Of a DNA stretch of 64,000 bases, positions 1-12,700 are shown piece after piece. Location of the stretch: assembly GCF_009914755.1 (NCBI RefSeq), contig NC_060947.1, one strand, 5' to 3'. The translations under genes and the position numbers were made by a program. The notes under the pieces were generated by a model. That model did not search any database. It was not told where the DNA came from and saw only the letters and a list, made by a program, of their open reading frames with translations. Source of the DNA: the human T2T-CHM13v2.0 reference genome, Homo sapiens. Position 1 is the first letter of the stretch, and each line of letters starts with the position of its first letter.

Positions 1-2
1 GA

Positions 3-19
3 TCCCGTTTCCAACGAAA
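3..19 (-). promoter_or_regulatory. CENP-B box, intact (recurs every unit: 2060, 4117 ...)
   Basis: TCCCGTTTCCAACGAAA is the reverse complement of TTTCGTTGGAAACGGGA and matches the core NTTCGNNNNANNCGGGN. Confidence 0.95.
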
Positions 20-513
20 TCCTCAGAGAGGTCCAAATATCCCCTTGCAGATTCTACAAAACGTGTGTTTGGAAACTGCTCCATCATAACGAATGTTCAG
101 CTCCCTGAGTTAAACTCCATCGTCACAAAGAATTTTCTGAGAGTGCTACCGTCTGGTTTTTATATGAAGTTCTTTCCTTCACTACCACAGGCCTCAAAGC
201 GGTCCAAATCTCCACTTGCAGATTCTACAAAAAGAGTGTTTGCAAACTGCTCTATCAAAAGGAATGTTCAACTCTGGGAGTTGAATGCAATCATCACAGA
301 GCAGTTTCTGAGAATGCTTCTATGTCGTTTTTAGGAGAAGATATTTCCTTTTCCAACACAGTCCTCCAAGCCCGCTAAATAGCCACTTGCACATTGTAGA
401 AAAAGTGTGTCAAAGCTGCGCTATCAAAGGGAAAGTTCAACTCTGTGAGGTGAATGCAAACATCCCAAAGAAGTTTCTGAGAATGCTTCCGTTTAGCTTT
501 TAGGTGAAGATTA

Positions 514-530
514 TCCCGTTTCCAACGAAA
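514..530 (-). promoter_or_regulatory. CENP-B box, intact (recurs every unit)
   Basis: TCCCGTTTCCAACGAAA, full consensus match on the minus strand. Confidence 0.95.
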
Positions 531-685
531 CCTTCAAAGAGGTCCAAATATCCCCTTGCGGATCCCACAGAAAGAGTGTTTCGAAACTGCTGTTTCAAAA
601 GGAATCTTCAACTCTGTGAGTTGAATGCAATCATCACAAAGAAGTTTCTGACAATGCTTCTCTCTCGTCTTTCTGTGAAGATAAA

Positions 686-726
686 GGAAAAGGCTTTCAG
701 GCCTTTTCCACCACAGGCCTGAAAGC
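686..726. repeat. Overlapping inverted repeats within the net 15-bp insertion of the 186-bp monomer (once per unit)
   Basis: GGAAAAGGC (686-694) pairs with GCCTTTTCC (701-709); GCTTTCAGGCCT (693-704) pairs with AGGCCTGAAAGC (715-726). Confidence 0.9.
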
Positions 727-870
727 GCTCCAAATGTCCACTTGCAGATTCTGCCAAAAGAATATTTCAAAACTGCTCTATGAAAAGCAATGTTAAACTC
801 TGTGGCTGGAACACAAACATCACAAAGCGGTTTCTGAGAATGTTTCAGTTTAGTTTTTCTGTGGAAATAT

Positions 871-887
871 TCCCGTTTCCAAAGAAA
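871..887 (-). promoter_or_regulatory. Degenerate CENP-B box (B-type monomer, TTCG core broken)
   Basis: TCCCGTTTCCAAAGAAA has AGAA instead of CGAA. Confidence 0.8.
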
Positions 888-1041
888 TCTTCAAAGAGGT
901 CCACGTATCCACTTACAGATTCTACAAAAAGACAGTTTCAAAACTGCTCCATCAAAAGGAGGGTTCAACTGTGTGACTTGAATGCAATCATCACTCAGAA
1001 GTTTCTGAGAATGCTTCTCTTTAGTTTTTACGTGAACATAT

Positions 1042-1058
1042 ACCCGTTTCGAACGAAG
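1042..1058 (-). promoter_or_regulatory. CENP-B box, core intact (recurs every unit)
   Basis: ACCCGTTTCGAACGAAG is the reverse complement of CTTCGTTCGAAACGGGT; all nine core bases are present. Confidence 0.88.
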
Positions 1059-1208
1059 GCCACCCAGTGGTCCAAATATCCACTTGCAGATTATACAGAA
1101 AGAGTGTTTCGAACCTGAACTCTCAAAGGCAGGTTCATCTCTGCGAGTTAAATGCATTCATCATGAAGAACTTTCTCAGAGTGTTTGTGTTTAGTTATGG
1201 GAAATTAT

Positions 1209-1225
1209 TACCGTTTCCAACGAAA
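1209..1225 (-). promoter_or_regulatory. CENP-B box position that is intact in most units (e.g. 3266-3282) but mutated in this copy (C>A at 1210)
   Basis: TACCGTTTCCAACGAAA here versus TCCCGTTTCCAACGAAA in the next unit. Confidence 0.88.
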
Positions 1226-1550
1226 TCCTCAGAGAGCTCCAAATATCCACCTGCAGATTCTACCAAAAGTGTATTTGGAAACTGCTCCATCAAAAGGCAT
1301 GTTCAGCTCTGTGAGTGAAACTCCATCATCACAAAGAATATTCTGAGAATGCTTCCGTTTGCCTTTTATATGAAGTTCCTTCCTGTACTACCGTAGGCCT
1401 CAAAGCAGTCCAAATCTCCATTTGCAGATTCTACAAAAAGAGTGATTCCAATCTGCTCTATCAATAGGATTGTTCAACTCCATGAGTTGAATGCCATCCT
1501 CACAAAGTAGTTTCTGAGAATGCTTCTATCTGGTTTTTGTGTGAAGATAT

Positions 1551-1567
1551 TTCCTTTTCCACCACAG
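1551..1567 (+). promoter_or_regulatory. pJ-alpha-type (A box) motif of an A-type monomer
   Basis: TTCCTTTTCCACCACAG sits at the position homologous to the CENP-B box and resembles the pJ-alpha motif TTCCTTTTYCACCRTAG. A similar motif is at 345-361. Confidence 0.65.
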
Positions 1568-1721
1568 GCCTCAAAGCCCTCCAAACGTCCACTTGCAGAT
1601 TCTCGAAAAAGAGTGTTTCATAGCTGCTCTTTCAAAAGGAAAGTTCAACTCTGGGAGTTGAATGCAAACATCACAAAATAGTTTCCGAGAATGCTTCTGT
1701 TTAGTTTTTATGTGAAGATGA

Positions 1722-1738
1722 TCCCGTTTCCAGTGAAA
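1722..1738 (-). promoter_or_regulatory. Degenerate CENP-B box
   Basis: TCCCGTTTCCAGTGAAA has TGAA instead of CGAA. Confidence 0.8.
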
Positions 1739-1892
1739 TCTTCAAAGAGGTCCACATATCCCCTTGCAGATTCCAAAGAAAGAGGGTTTCAAAACTGCTC
1801 CATCAGAAGGATTGTTCAACTCTGTGAGTTGAATGCAGTCATCGCAGAAAACTTTCTGAGAATGCTTCTGTCTAGGTTTGATGTGAAGATAT

Positions 1893-1909
1893 AGACGTTT
1901 CAAACGAAG
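1893..1909 (-). promoter_or_regulatory. Degenerate CENP-B box
   Basis: AGACGTTTCAAACGAAG has lost the CCCG half; polymorphic GACG/GATG across units. Confidence 0.75.
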
Positions 1910-4673
1910 GCTACAAAGTGGTCAAAATATACACTTGCAGATTCTACTACAAGGGTGTTGCAAACCTGAACTATCAAAGGAAGGTTCAACTCTGTGAGTT
2001 GAATACAAACATCACAAAGAATGTTCTGAGTTTGCTTCCGTTCAGTTATGGGAAGTTGATCCCGTTTCCAACGAAATCCTCAGAGAGGTCCAAATATCCC
2101 CTCGCAGATTCTACAAAACGTGTGTTTGGAAACTGCTCCATCATAACGAATGTTCAGCTCCCTGAGTTAAACTCCATCGTCACAAAGAATTTTCTGAGAG
2201 TGCTACCGTCTGGTTTTTATATGAAGTTCTTTCCTTCACTACCACAGGCCTCAAAGCGGTCCAAATCTCCACTTGCAGATTCTACAAAAAGAGTGTTTGC
2301 AAACTGCTCTATCAAAAGGAATGTTCAACTCTGGGAGTTGAATGCAATCATCACAGAGCAGTTTCTGAGAATGCTTCTATGTCGTTTTTAGGAGAAGATA
2401 TTTCCTTTTCCAACACAGTCCTCCAAGCCCGCTAAATAGCCACTTGCACATTGTAGAAAAAGTGTGTCAAAGCTGCGCTATCAAAGGGAAAGTTCAACTC
2501 TGTGAGGTGAATGCAAACATCCCAAAGAAGTTTCTGAGAATACTTCCGTTTAGCTTTTAGGTGAAGATTATCCCGTTTCCAACGAAACCTTCAAAGAGGT
2601 CCAAATATCCCCTTGCGGATCCCACAGAAAGAGTGTTTCGAAACTGCTGTTTCAAAAGGAATCTTCAACTCTGTGAGTTGAATGCAATCATCACAAAGAA
2701 GTTTCTGACAATGCTTCTCTCTCGTCTTTCTGTGAAGATAAAGGAAAAGGCTTTCAGGCCTTTGCCACCACAGGCCTGAAAGCGCTCCAAATGTCCACTT
2801 GCAGATTCTGCCAAAAGAATATTTCAAAACTGCTCTATGAAAAGCAATGTTAAACTCTGCGGCTCGAACACAAACATCACAAAGCGGTTTCTGAGAATGC
2901 TTCAGTTTAGTTTTTCTGTGGAAATATTCCCGTTTCCAAAGAAATCTTCAAAGAGGTCCACGTATCCACTTACAGATTCTACAAAAAGACAGTTTCAAAA
3001 CTGCTCCATCAAAAGGAGGGTTCAACTGTGTGACTTGAATGCAATCATCACTCAGAAGTTTCTGAGAATGCTTCTCTTTAGTTTTTACGTGAACATATAC
3101 CCGTTTCGAACGAAGGCCACCCACTGGTCCAAATATCCACTTGCAGATTATACAGAAAGAGTGTTTCGAACCTGAACTCTCAAAGGCAGGTTCATCTCTG
3201 CGAGTTAAATGCATTCATCATGAAGAACTTTCTCAGCGTGTTTGTGTTTAGTTATGGGAAATTATTCCCGTTTCCAACGAAATCCTCAAAGAGCTCCAAA
3301 TATCCACCTGCAGATTCTACCAAAAGTGTATTTGGAAACTGCTCCATCAAAAGGCATGTTCAGCTCTGTGAGTGAAACTCCATCATCACAAAGAATATTC
3401 TGAGAATGCTTCCGTTTGCCTTTTATATGAAGTTCCTTCCTATACGACCGTAGGCCTCAAAGCAGTCCAAATCTCCATTTGCAGATTCTACAAAAAGAGT
3501 GATTCCAATCTGCTCTATCAATAGGATTGTTCAACTCCATGAGTTGAATGCCATCCTCACAAAGTAGTTTCTGAGAATGCTTCTATCTAGTTTTTATGTG
3601 AAGATATTTCCTTTTCCACCACAGGCCTCAAAGCCCTCCAAACGTCCACTTGCAGATTCTCGAAAAAGAGTGTTTCATAGCTGCTCTTTCAAAAGGAAAG
3701 TTCACCTCTGGCAGTTGAATACAAACATCACAAAGTAGTTTCCGAGAATGCTTCTGTTTAGTTTTTATGTGAAGATGATCCCGTTTCCAGTGAAATCTTC
3801 ATAGAGGTCCACATATCCCCTTGCAGATTCCAAAGAAAGAGGGTTTCAAAACTGCTCCATCAGAAGGATTGTTCAACTCTGTGAGTTGAATGCAGTCATC
3901 GCAGAAAACTTTCTGAGAATGCTTCTGTCTAGGTTTGATGTGAAGATATAGACGTTTCAAACGAAGGCTACAAAGTGGTCAAAATATACACTTGCAGATT
4001 CTACTACAAGGGTGTTGCAAACCTGAACTATCAAAGGAAGGTTCAACTCTGTGAGTTGAATACAAACATCACAAAGAATGTTCTGAGTTTGCTTCCGTTC
4101 AGTTATGGGAAGTTGATCCCGTTTCCAACGAAATCCTCAGAGAGGTCCAAATATCCCCTCGCAGATTCTACAAAACGTGTGTTTGGAAACTGCTCCATCA
4201 TAACGAATGTTCAGCTCCCTGAGTTAAACTCCATCGTCACAAAGAATTTTCTGAGAGTGCTACCGTCTGGTTTTTATATGAAGTTCTTTCCTTCACTACC
4301 ACAGGCCTCAAAGCGGTCCAAATCTCCACTTGCAGATTCTACAAAAAGAGTGTTTGCAAACTGCTCTATCAAAAGGAATGTTCAACTCTGGGAGTTGAAT
4401 GCAATCATCACAGAGCAGTTTCTGAGAATGCTTCTATGTCGTTTTTAGGAGAAGATATTTCCTTTTCCAACACAGTCCTCCAAGCCCGCTAAATAGCCAC
4501 TTGCACATTGTAGAAAAAGTGTGTCAAAGCTGCGCTATCAAAGGGAAAGTTCAACTCTGTGAGGTGAATGCAAACATCCCAAAGAAGTTTCTGAGAATGC
4601 TTCCGTTTAGCTTTTAGGTGAAGATTATCCCGTTTCCAACGAAACCTTCAAAGAGGTGCAAATATCCCCTTGC

Positions 4674-6729
4674 GGATCCCACAGAAAGAGTGTTTCGAAA
4701 CTGCTGTTTCAAAAGAAATCTTCAACTCTGTGAGTTGAATGCAATCATCACAAAGAAGTTTCTGACAATGCTTCTCTCTCGTCTTTCTGTGAAGATAAAG
4801 AAAAGGCTTTCAGGCCTTTTCCACCACAGGCCTGAAAGCGCTCCAAATGTCCACTTGCAGATTCTGCGAAAAGAATATTTCAAAACTGCTCTATGAAAAG
4901 CAATGTTAAACTCTGTGGCTCGAACACAAACATCACAAAGCAGTTTCTGAGAATGCTTCAGTTTAGTTTTTCTGTGGAAATATTCCCGTTTCCAAAGAAA
5001 TCTTCAAAGAGGTCCACGTATCCACTTACAGATTCTACAAAAAGACAGTTTCAAAACTGCTCCATCAAAAGGAGGGTTCAACTGTGTGACTTGAATGCAA
5101 TCATCACTCAGAAGTTTCTGAGAATGCTTCTCTTTAGTTTTTACGTGAACATATACCCGTTTCGAACGAAGGCCACCCAGTGGTCCAAATATCCACTTGC
5201 AGATTATACAGAAAGAGTGTTTCGAACCTGAACTCTCAAAGGCAGGTTCATCTCTGCGAGTTAAATGCATTCATCATGAAGAACTTTCTCAGAGTGTTTG
5301 TGTTTAGTTATGGGAAATTATTCCCGTTTCCAACGAAATCCTCAGAGAGCTCCAAATATCCACCTGCAGATTCTACCAAAAGTGTATTTGGAAACTGCTC
5401 CATCAAAAGGCATGTTCAGCTCTGTGAGTGAAACTCCATCATCACAAAGAATATTCTGAGAATGCTTCCGTTTGCCTTTTATCTGAAGTTCCTTCCTGTA
5501 CTACCGTAGGCCTCAAAGCAGTCCAAATCTCCATTTGCAGATTCTATAAAAAGAGTGATTCCAATCTGCTCTATCAATAGGATTGTTCAACTCCATGAGT
5601 TGAATGCCATCCTCACAAAGTAGTTTCTGAGAATGCTTCTATCTGGTTTTTGTGTGAAGATATTTCCTTTTCCACCACAGGCCTCAAAGCCCTCCAAACG
5701 TCCACTTGCAGATTCTCGAAAAAGAGTGTTTCATAGCTGCTCTTTCAAAAGGAAAGTTCAACTCTGGGAGTTGAATGCAAACATCACAAAATAGTTTCCG
5801 AGAATGCTTCTGTTTAGTTTTTATGTGAAGATGATCCCGTTTCCAGTGAAATCTTCAAAGAGGTCCACATATCCCCTTGCAGATTCCAAAGAAAGAGGGT
5901 TTCAAAACTGCTCCATCAGAAGGATTGTTCAACTCTGTGAGTTGAATGCAGTCATCGCAGAAAACTTTCTGAGAATGCTTCTGTCTAGGTTTGGTGTGAA
6001 GATATAGATGTTTCAAACGAAGGCTACAAAGTGGTCAAAATATACACTTGCAGATTCTACTACAAGGGTGTTGCAAACCTGAACTATCAAAGGAAGGTTC
6101 AACTCTGTGAGTTGAATACAAACATCACAAAGAATGTTCTGAGTTTGCTTCCGTTCAGTTATGGGAAGTTGATCCCGTTTCCAACGAAATCCTCAGAGAG
6201 GTCCAAATATCCCCTGGCAGATTCTACAAAACGTGTGTTTGGAAACTGCTCCATCATAACGAATGTTCAGCTCCCTGAGTTAAACTCCATCGTCACAAAG
6301 AATTTTCTGAGAGTGCTACCGTCTGGTTTTTATATGAAGTTCTTTCCTTCACTACCACAGGCCTCAAAGCGGTCCAAATCTCCACTTGCAGATTCTACAA
6401 AAAGAGTGTTTGCAAACTGCTCTATCAAAAGGAATGTTCAACTCTGGGAGTTGAATGCAATCATCACAGAGCAGTTTCTGAGAATGCTTCTATGTCGTTT
6501 TTAGGAGAAGATATTTCCTTTTCCAACACAGTCCTCCAAGCCCGCTAAATAGCCACTTGCACATTGTAGAAAAAGTGTGTCAAAGCTGCGCTATCAAAGG
6601 GAAAGTTCAACTCTGTGAGGTGAATGCAAACATCCCAAAGAAGTTTCTGAGAATACTTCCGTTTAGCTTTTAGGTGAAGATTATCCCGTTTCCAACGAAA
6701 CCTTCAAAGAGGTCCAAATATCCCCTTGC
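4674..6729 (-). repeat. 2056-bp unit with a 1-bp deletion (G) at ~4800
   Basis: GATAAAGAAAAGG versus canonical GATAAAGGAAAAGG; the register shifts by 1. Confidence 0.85.
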
Positions 6730-9700
6730 GGATCCCACAGAAAGAGTGTTTCGAAACTGCTGTTTCAAAAGGAATCTTCAACTCTGTGAGTTGAATGCAA
6801 TCATCACAAAGAAGTTTCTGACAATGCTTCTCTCTCGTCTTTCTGTGAAGATAAAGGAAAAGGCTTTCAGGCCTTTGCCACCACAGGCCTGAAAGCGCTC
6901 CAAATGTCCACTTGCAGATTCTGCCAAAAGAATATTTCAAAACTGCTCTATGAAAAGCAATGTTAAACTCTGCGGCTCGAACACAAACATCACAAAGCGG
7001 TTTCTGAGAATGCTTCAGTTTAGTTTTTCTGTGGAAATATTCCCGTTTCCAAAGAAATCTTCAAAGAGGTCCACGTATCCACTTACAGATTCTACAAAAA
7101 GACAGTTTCAAAACTGCTCCATCAAAAGGAGGGTTCAACTGTGTGACTTCAATGCAATCATCACTCAGAAGTTTCTGAGAATGCTTCTCTTTAGTTTTTA
7201 CGTGAACATATACCCGTTTCGAACGAAGGCCACCCAGTGGTCCAAATATCCACTTGCAGATTCTACAGAAAGAGTGTTTCGAACCTGAACTCTCAAAGGC
7301 AGGTTCATCTCTGCGAGTTAAATGCATTCATCATGAAGAACTTTCTCAGCGTGTTTGTGTTTAGGTATAGGAAATTATTCCCGTTTCCAACGAAATCCTC
7401 AAAGAGCTCCAAATATCCACCTGCAGATTCTACCAAAAGTGTATTTGGAAACTGCTCCATCAAAAGGCATGTTCAGCTCTGTGAGTGAAACTCCATCATC
7501 ACAAAGAATATTCTGAGAATGCTTCCGTTTGCCTTTTATATGAAGTTCCTTCCTGTACTACCGTAGGCCTCAAAGCAGTCCAAATCTCCATTTGCAGATT
7601 CTACAAAAAGAGTGATTCCAATCTGCTCTATCAATAGGATTGTTCAACTCCATGAGTTGAATGCCATCCTCACAAAGTCGTTTCTGAGAATGCTTCTATC
7701 TGGTTTTTGTGTGAAGATATTTCCTTTTCCACCACAGGCCTCAAAGCCCTCCAAACGTCCACTTGCAGATTCTCGAAAAAGAGTGTTTCATAGCTGCTCT
7801 TTCAAAAGGAAAGTTCAACTCTGGGAGTTGAATACAAACATCACAAAATAGTTTCCGAGAATGCTTCTGTTTAGTTTTTATGTGAAGATGATCCCGTTTC
7901 CAGTGAAATCTTCAAAGAGGTCCACATATCCCCTTGCAGATTCCAAAGAAAGAGGGTTTAAAAACTGCTCCATCAGAAGGATTGTTCAACTCTGTGAGTT
8001 GAATGCAGTCATCGCAGAAAACTTTCTGAGAATGCTTCTGTCTAGGTTTGATGTGAAGATATAGACGTTTCAAACGAAGGCTACAAAGTGGTCAAAATAT
8101 ACACTTGCAGATTCTACTACAAGGGTGTTGCAAACCTGAACTATCAAAGGAAGGTTCAACTCTGTGAGTTGAATACAAACATCACAAAGAATGTTCTGAG
8201 TTTGCTTCCGTTCAGTTATGGGAAGTTGATCCCGTTTCCAACGAAATCCTCAGAGAGGTCCAAATATCCCCTCGCAGATTCTACAAAACGTGTGTTTGGA
8301 AACTGCTCCATCATAACGAATGTTCAGCTCCCTGAGTTAAACTCCATCGTCACAAAGAATTTTCTGAGAGTGCTACCGTCTGGTTTTTATATGAAGTTCT
8401 TTCCTTCACTACGACAGGCCTCAAAGCGGTCCAAATCTCCACTTGCAGATTCTACAAAAAGAGTGTTTGCAAACTGCTCTATCAAAAGGAATGTTCAACT
8501 CTGGGAGTTGAATGCAATCATCACAGAGCAGTTTCTGAGAATGCTTCTATGTCGTTTTTAGGAGAAGATATTTCCTTTTCCAACACAGTCCTCCAAGCCC
8601 GCTAAATAGCCACTTGCACATTGTAGAAAAAGTGTGTCAAAGCTGCGCTATCAAAGGGAAAGTTCAACTCTGTGAGGTGAATGCAAACATCCCAAAGAAG
8701 TTTCTGAGAATGCTTCCGTTTAGCTTTTAGGTGAAGATTATCCCGTTTCCAACGAAACCTTCAAAGAGGTCCAAATATCCCCTTGCGGATCCCACAGAAA
8801 GAGTGTTTCAAAACTGCTGTTTCAAAAGGAATCTTCAACTCTGTGAGTTGAATGCAATCATCACAAAGAAGTTTCTGACAATGCTTCTCTCTCGTCTTTC
8901 TGTGAAGATAAAGGAAAAGGCTTTCAGGCCTTTTCCACCACAGGCCTGAAAGCGCTCCAAATGTCCACTTGCAGATTCTGCGAAAAGAATATTTCAAAAC
9001 TGCTCTATGAAAAGCAATGTTAAACTCTGTGGCTGGAACACAAACATCACAAAGCGGTTTCTGAGAATGTTTCAGTTTAGTTTTTCTGTGGAAATATTCC
9101 CGTTTCCAAAGAAATCTTCAAAGAGGTCCACGTATCCACTTACAGATTCTACAAAAAGACAGTTTCAAAACTGCTCCATCAAAAGGAGGGTTCAACTGTG
9201 TGACTTGAATGCAATCATCACTCAGAAGTTTCTGAGAATGCTTCTCTTTAGTTTTTACGTGAACATATACCCGTTTCGAACGAAGGCCACCCAGTGGTCC
9301 AAATATCCACTTGCAGATTATACAGAAAGAGTGTTTCGAACCTGAACTCTCAAAGGCAGGTTCATCTCTGCGAGTTAAATGCATTCATCATGAAGAACTT
9401 TCTCAGAGTGTTTGTGCTTAGTTATGGGAAATTATTCCCGTTTCCAACGAAATCCTCAGAGTGGTCCAAATATCCACCTGCAGATTCTACCAAAAGTGTA
9501 TTTGGAAACTGCTCCATCAAAAGGCATGTTCAGCTCTGTGAGTGAAACTCCATCATCACAAAGAATATTCTGAGAATGCTTCCGTTTGCCTTTTATCTGA
9601 AGTTCCTTCCTATACGACCGTAGGCCTCAAAGCAGTCCAAATCTCCATTTGCAGATTCTACAAAAAGAGTGATTCCAATCTGCTCTATCAATAGGATTGT

Positions 9701-12700
9701 TCAACTCCATGAGTTGAATGCCATCCTCACAAAGTCGTTTCTGAGAATGCTTCTATCTAGTTTTTATGTGAAGATATTTCCTTTTCCACCACAGGCCTCA
9801 AAGCCCTCCAAACGTCCACTTGCAGATTCTCGAAAAAGAGTGTTTCATAGCTGCTCTTTCAAAAGGAAAGTTCAACTCTGGGAGTTGAATACAAACATCA
9901 CAAAATAGTTTCCGAGAATGCTTCAGTTTAGTTTTTATGTGAAGATGATCCCGTTTCCAGTGAAATCTTCAAAGAGGTCCACATATCCCCTTGCAGATTC
10001 CAAAGAAAGAGGGTTTCAAAACTGCTCCATCAGAAGGATTGTTCAACTCTGTGAGTTGAATGCAGTCATCGCAGAAAACTTTCTGAGAATGCTTCTGTCT
10101 AGGTTTGATGTGAAGATATAGATGTTTCAAACGAAGGCTACAAAGTGGTCAAAATATACACTTGCAGATTCTACTACAAGGGTGTTGCAAACCTGAACTA
10201 TCAAAGGAAGGTTCAACTCTGTGAGTTGAATACAAACATCACAAAGAATGTTCTGAGTTTGCTTCCGTTCAGTTATGGGAAGTTGATCCCGTTTCCAACG
10301 AAATCCTCAGAGAGGTCCAAATATCCCCTTGCAGATTCTACAAAACGTGTGTTTGGAAACTGCTCCATCATAACGAATGTTCAGCTCCCTGAGTTAAACT
10401 CCATCGTCACAAAGAATTTTCTGAGAGTGCTACCGTCTGGTTTTTATATGAAGTTCTTTCCTTCACTACCACAGGCCTCAAAGCGGTCCAAATCTCCACT
10501 TGCAGATTCTACAAAAAGAGTGTTTGCAAACTGCTCTATCAAAAGGAATGTTCAACTCTGGGAGTTGAATGCAATCATCACAGAGCAGTTTCTGAGAATG
10601 CTTCTATGTCGTTTTTAGGAGAAGATATTTCCTTTTCCAACACAATCCTCCAAGCCCGCTAAATAGCCACTTGCACATTGTAGAAAAAGTGTGTCAAAGC
10701 TGCGCTATCAAAGGGAAAGTTCAACTCTGTGAGGTGAATGCAAACATCCCAAAGAAGTTTCTGAGAATGCTTCCGTTTAGCTTTTAGGTGAAGATTATCC
10801 CGTTTCCAACGAAACCTTCAAAGAGGTCCAAATATCCCCTTGCGGATCCCACAGAAAGAGTGTTTCGAAACTGCTGTTTCAAAAGGAATCTTCAACTCTG
10901 TGAGTTGAATGCAATCATCACAAAGAAGTTTCTGACAATGCTTCTCTCTCGTCTTTCTGTGAAGATAAAGGAAAAGGCTTTCAGGCCTTTTCCACCACAG
11001 GCCTGAAAGCGCTCCAAATGTCCACTTGCAGATTCTGCCAAAAGAATATTTCAAAACTGCTCTATGAAAAGCAATGTTAAACTCTGTGGCTGGAACACAA
11101 ACATCACAAAGCGGTTTCTGAGAATGTTTCAGTTTAGTTTTTCTGTGGAAATATTCCCGTTTCCAAAGAAATCTTCAAAGAGGTCCACGTATCCACTTAC
11201 AGATTCTACAAAAAGACAGTTTCAAAACTGCTCCATCAAAAGGAGGGTTCAACTGTGTGACTTGAATGCAATCATCACTCAGAAGTTTCTGAGAATGCTT
11301 CTCTTTAGTTTTTACGTGAACATATACCCGTTTCGAACGAAGGCCACCCAGTGGTCCAAATATCCACTTGCAGATTATACAGAAAGAGTGTTTCGAACCT
11401 GAACTCTCAAAGGCAGGTTCATCTCTGCGAGTTAAATGCATTCATCATGAAGAACTTTCTCAGAGTGTTTGTGTTTAGTTATGGGAAATTATTCCCGTTT
11501 CCAACGAAATCCTCAGAGAGCTCCAAATATCCACCTGCAGATTCTACCAAAAGTGTATTTGGAAACTGCTCCATCAAAAGGCATGTTCAGCTCTGTGAGT
11601 GAAACTCCATCATCACAAAGAATATTCTGAGAATGCTTCCGTTTGCCTTTTATATGAAGTTCCTTCCTGTACTACCGTAGGCCTCAAAGCAGTCCAAATC
11701 TCCATTTGCAGATTCTACAAAAAGAGTGATTCCAATCTGCTCTATCAATAGGATTGTTCAACTCCATGAGTTGAATGCCATCCTCACAAAGTAGTTTCTG
11801 AGAATGCTTCTATCTGGTTTTTGTGTGAAGATATTTCCTTTTCCACCACAGGCCTCAAAGCCCTCCAAACGTCCACTTGCAGATTCTCGAAAAAGAGTGT
11901 TTCATAGCTGCTCTTTCAAAAGGAAAGTTCAACTCTGGGAGTTGAATGCAAACATCACAAAATAGTTTCCGAGAATGCTTCTGTTTAGTTTTTATGTGAA
12001 GATGATCCCGTTTCCAGTGAAATCTTCAAAGAGGTCCACATATCCCCTTGCAGATTCCAAAGAAAGAGGGTTTCAAAACTGCTCCATCAGAAGGATTGTT
12101 CAACTCTGTGAGTTGAATGCAGTCATCGCAGAAAACTTTCTGAGAATGCTTCTGTCTAGGTTTGATGTGAAGATATAGACGTTTCAAACGAAGGCTACAA
12201 AGTGGTCAAAATATACACTTGCAGATTCTACTACAAGGGTGTTGCAAACCTGAACTATCAAAGGAAGGTTCAACTCTGTGAGTTGAATACAAACATCACA
12301 AAGAATGTTCTGAGTTTGCTTCCGTTCAGTTATGGGAAGTTGATCCCGTTTCCAACGAAATCCTCAGAGAGGTCCAAATATCCCCTCGCAGATTCTACAA
12401 AACGTGTGTTTGGAAACTGCTCCATCATAACGAATGTTCAGCTCCCTGAGTTAAACTCCATCGTCACAAAGAATTTTCTGAGAGTGCTACCGTCTGGTTT
12501 TTATATGAAGTTCTTTCCTTCACTACCACAGGCCTCAAAGCGGTCCAAATCTCCACTTGCAGATTCTACAAAAAGAGTGTTTGCAAACTGCTCTATCAAA
12601 AGGAATGTTCAACTCTGGGAGTTGAATGCAATCATCACAGAGCAGTTTCTGAGAATGCTTCTATGTCGTTTTTAGGAGAAGATATTTCCTTTTCCAACAC

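Larger units (their letters stand above)
560..2616 (-). repeat. Representative canonical 12-mer HOR unit (BamHI to BamHI, 2057 bp)
   Basis: Box-equivalent positions 700, 871, 1042, 1209, 1380, 1551, 1722, 1893, 2060, 2231, 2402, 2571. Spacings are eight of 171, two of 167, one of 169 and one of 186 bp, summing to 2057. Pattern BBB-AA-BBB-AA-B-A is two SF3 pentamers plus a dimer. Confidence 0.93.

Noticed and set aside
606-625. TTCAACTC-TGT-GAGTTGAA dyad as a terminator or novel element
   Set aside because: This is part of the general alpha-satellite consensus, present in many monomers, with no transcription-unit context.
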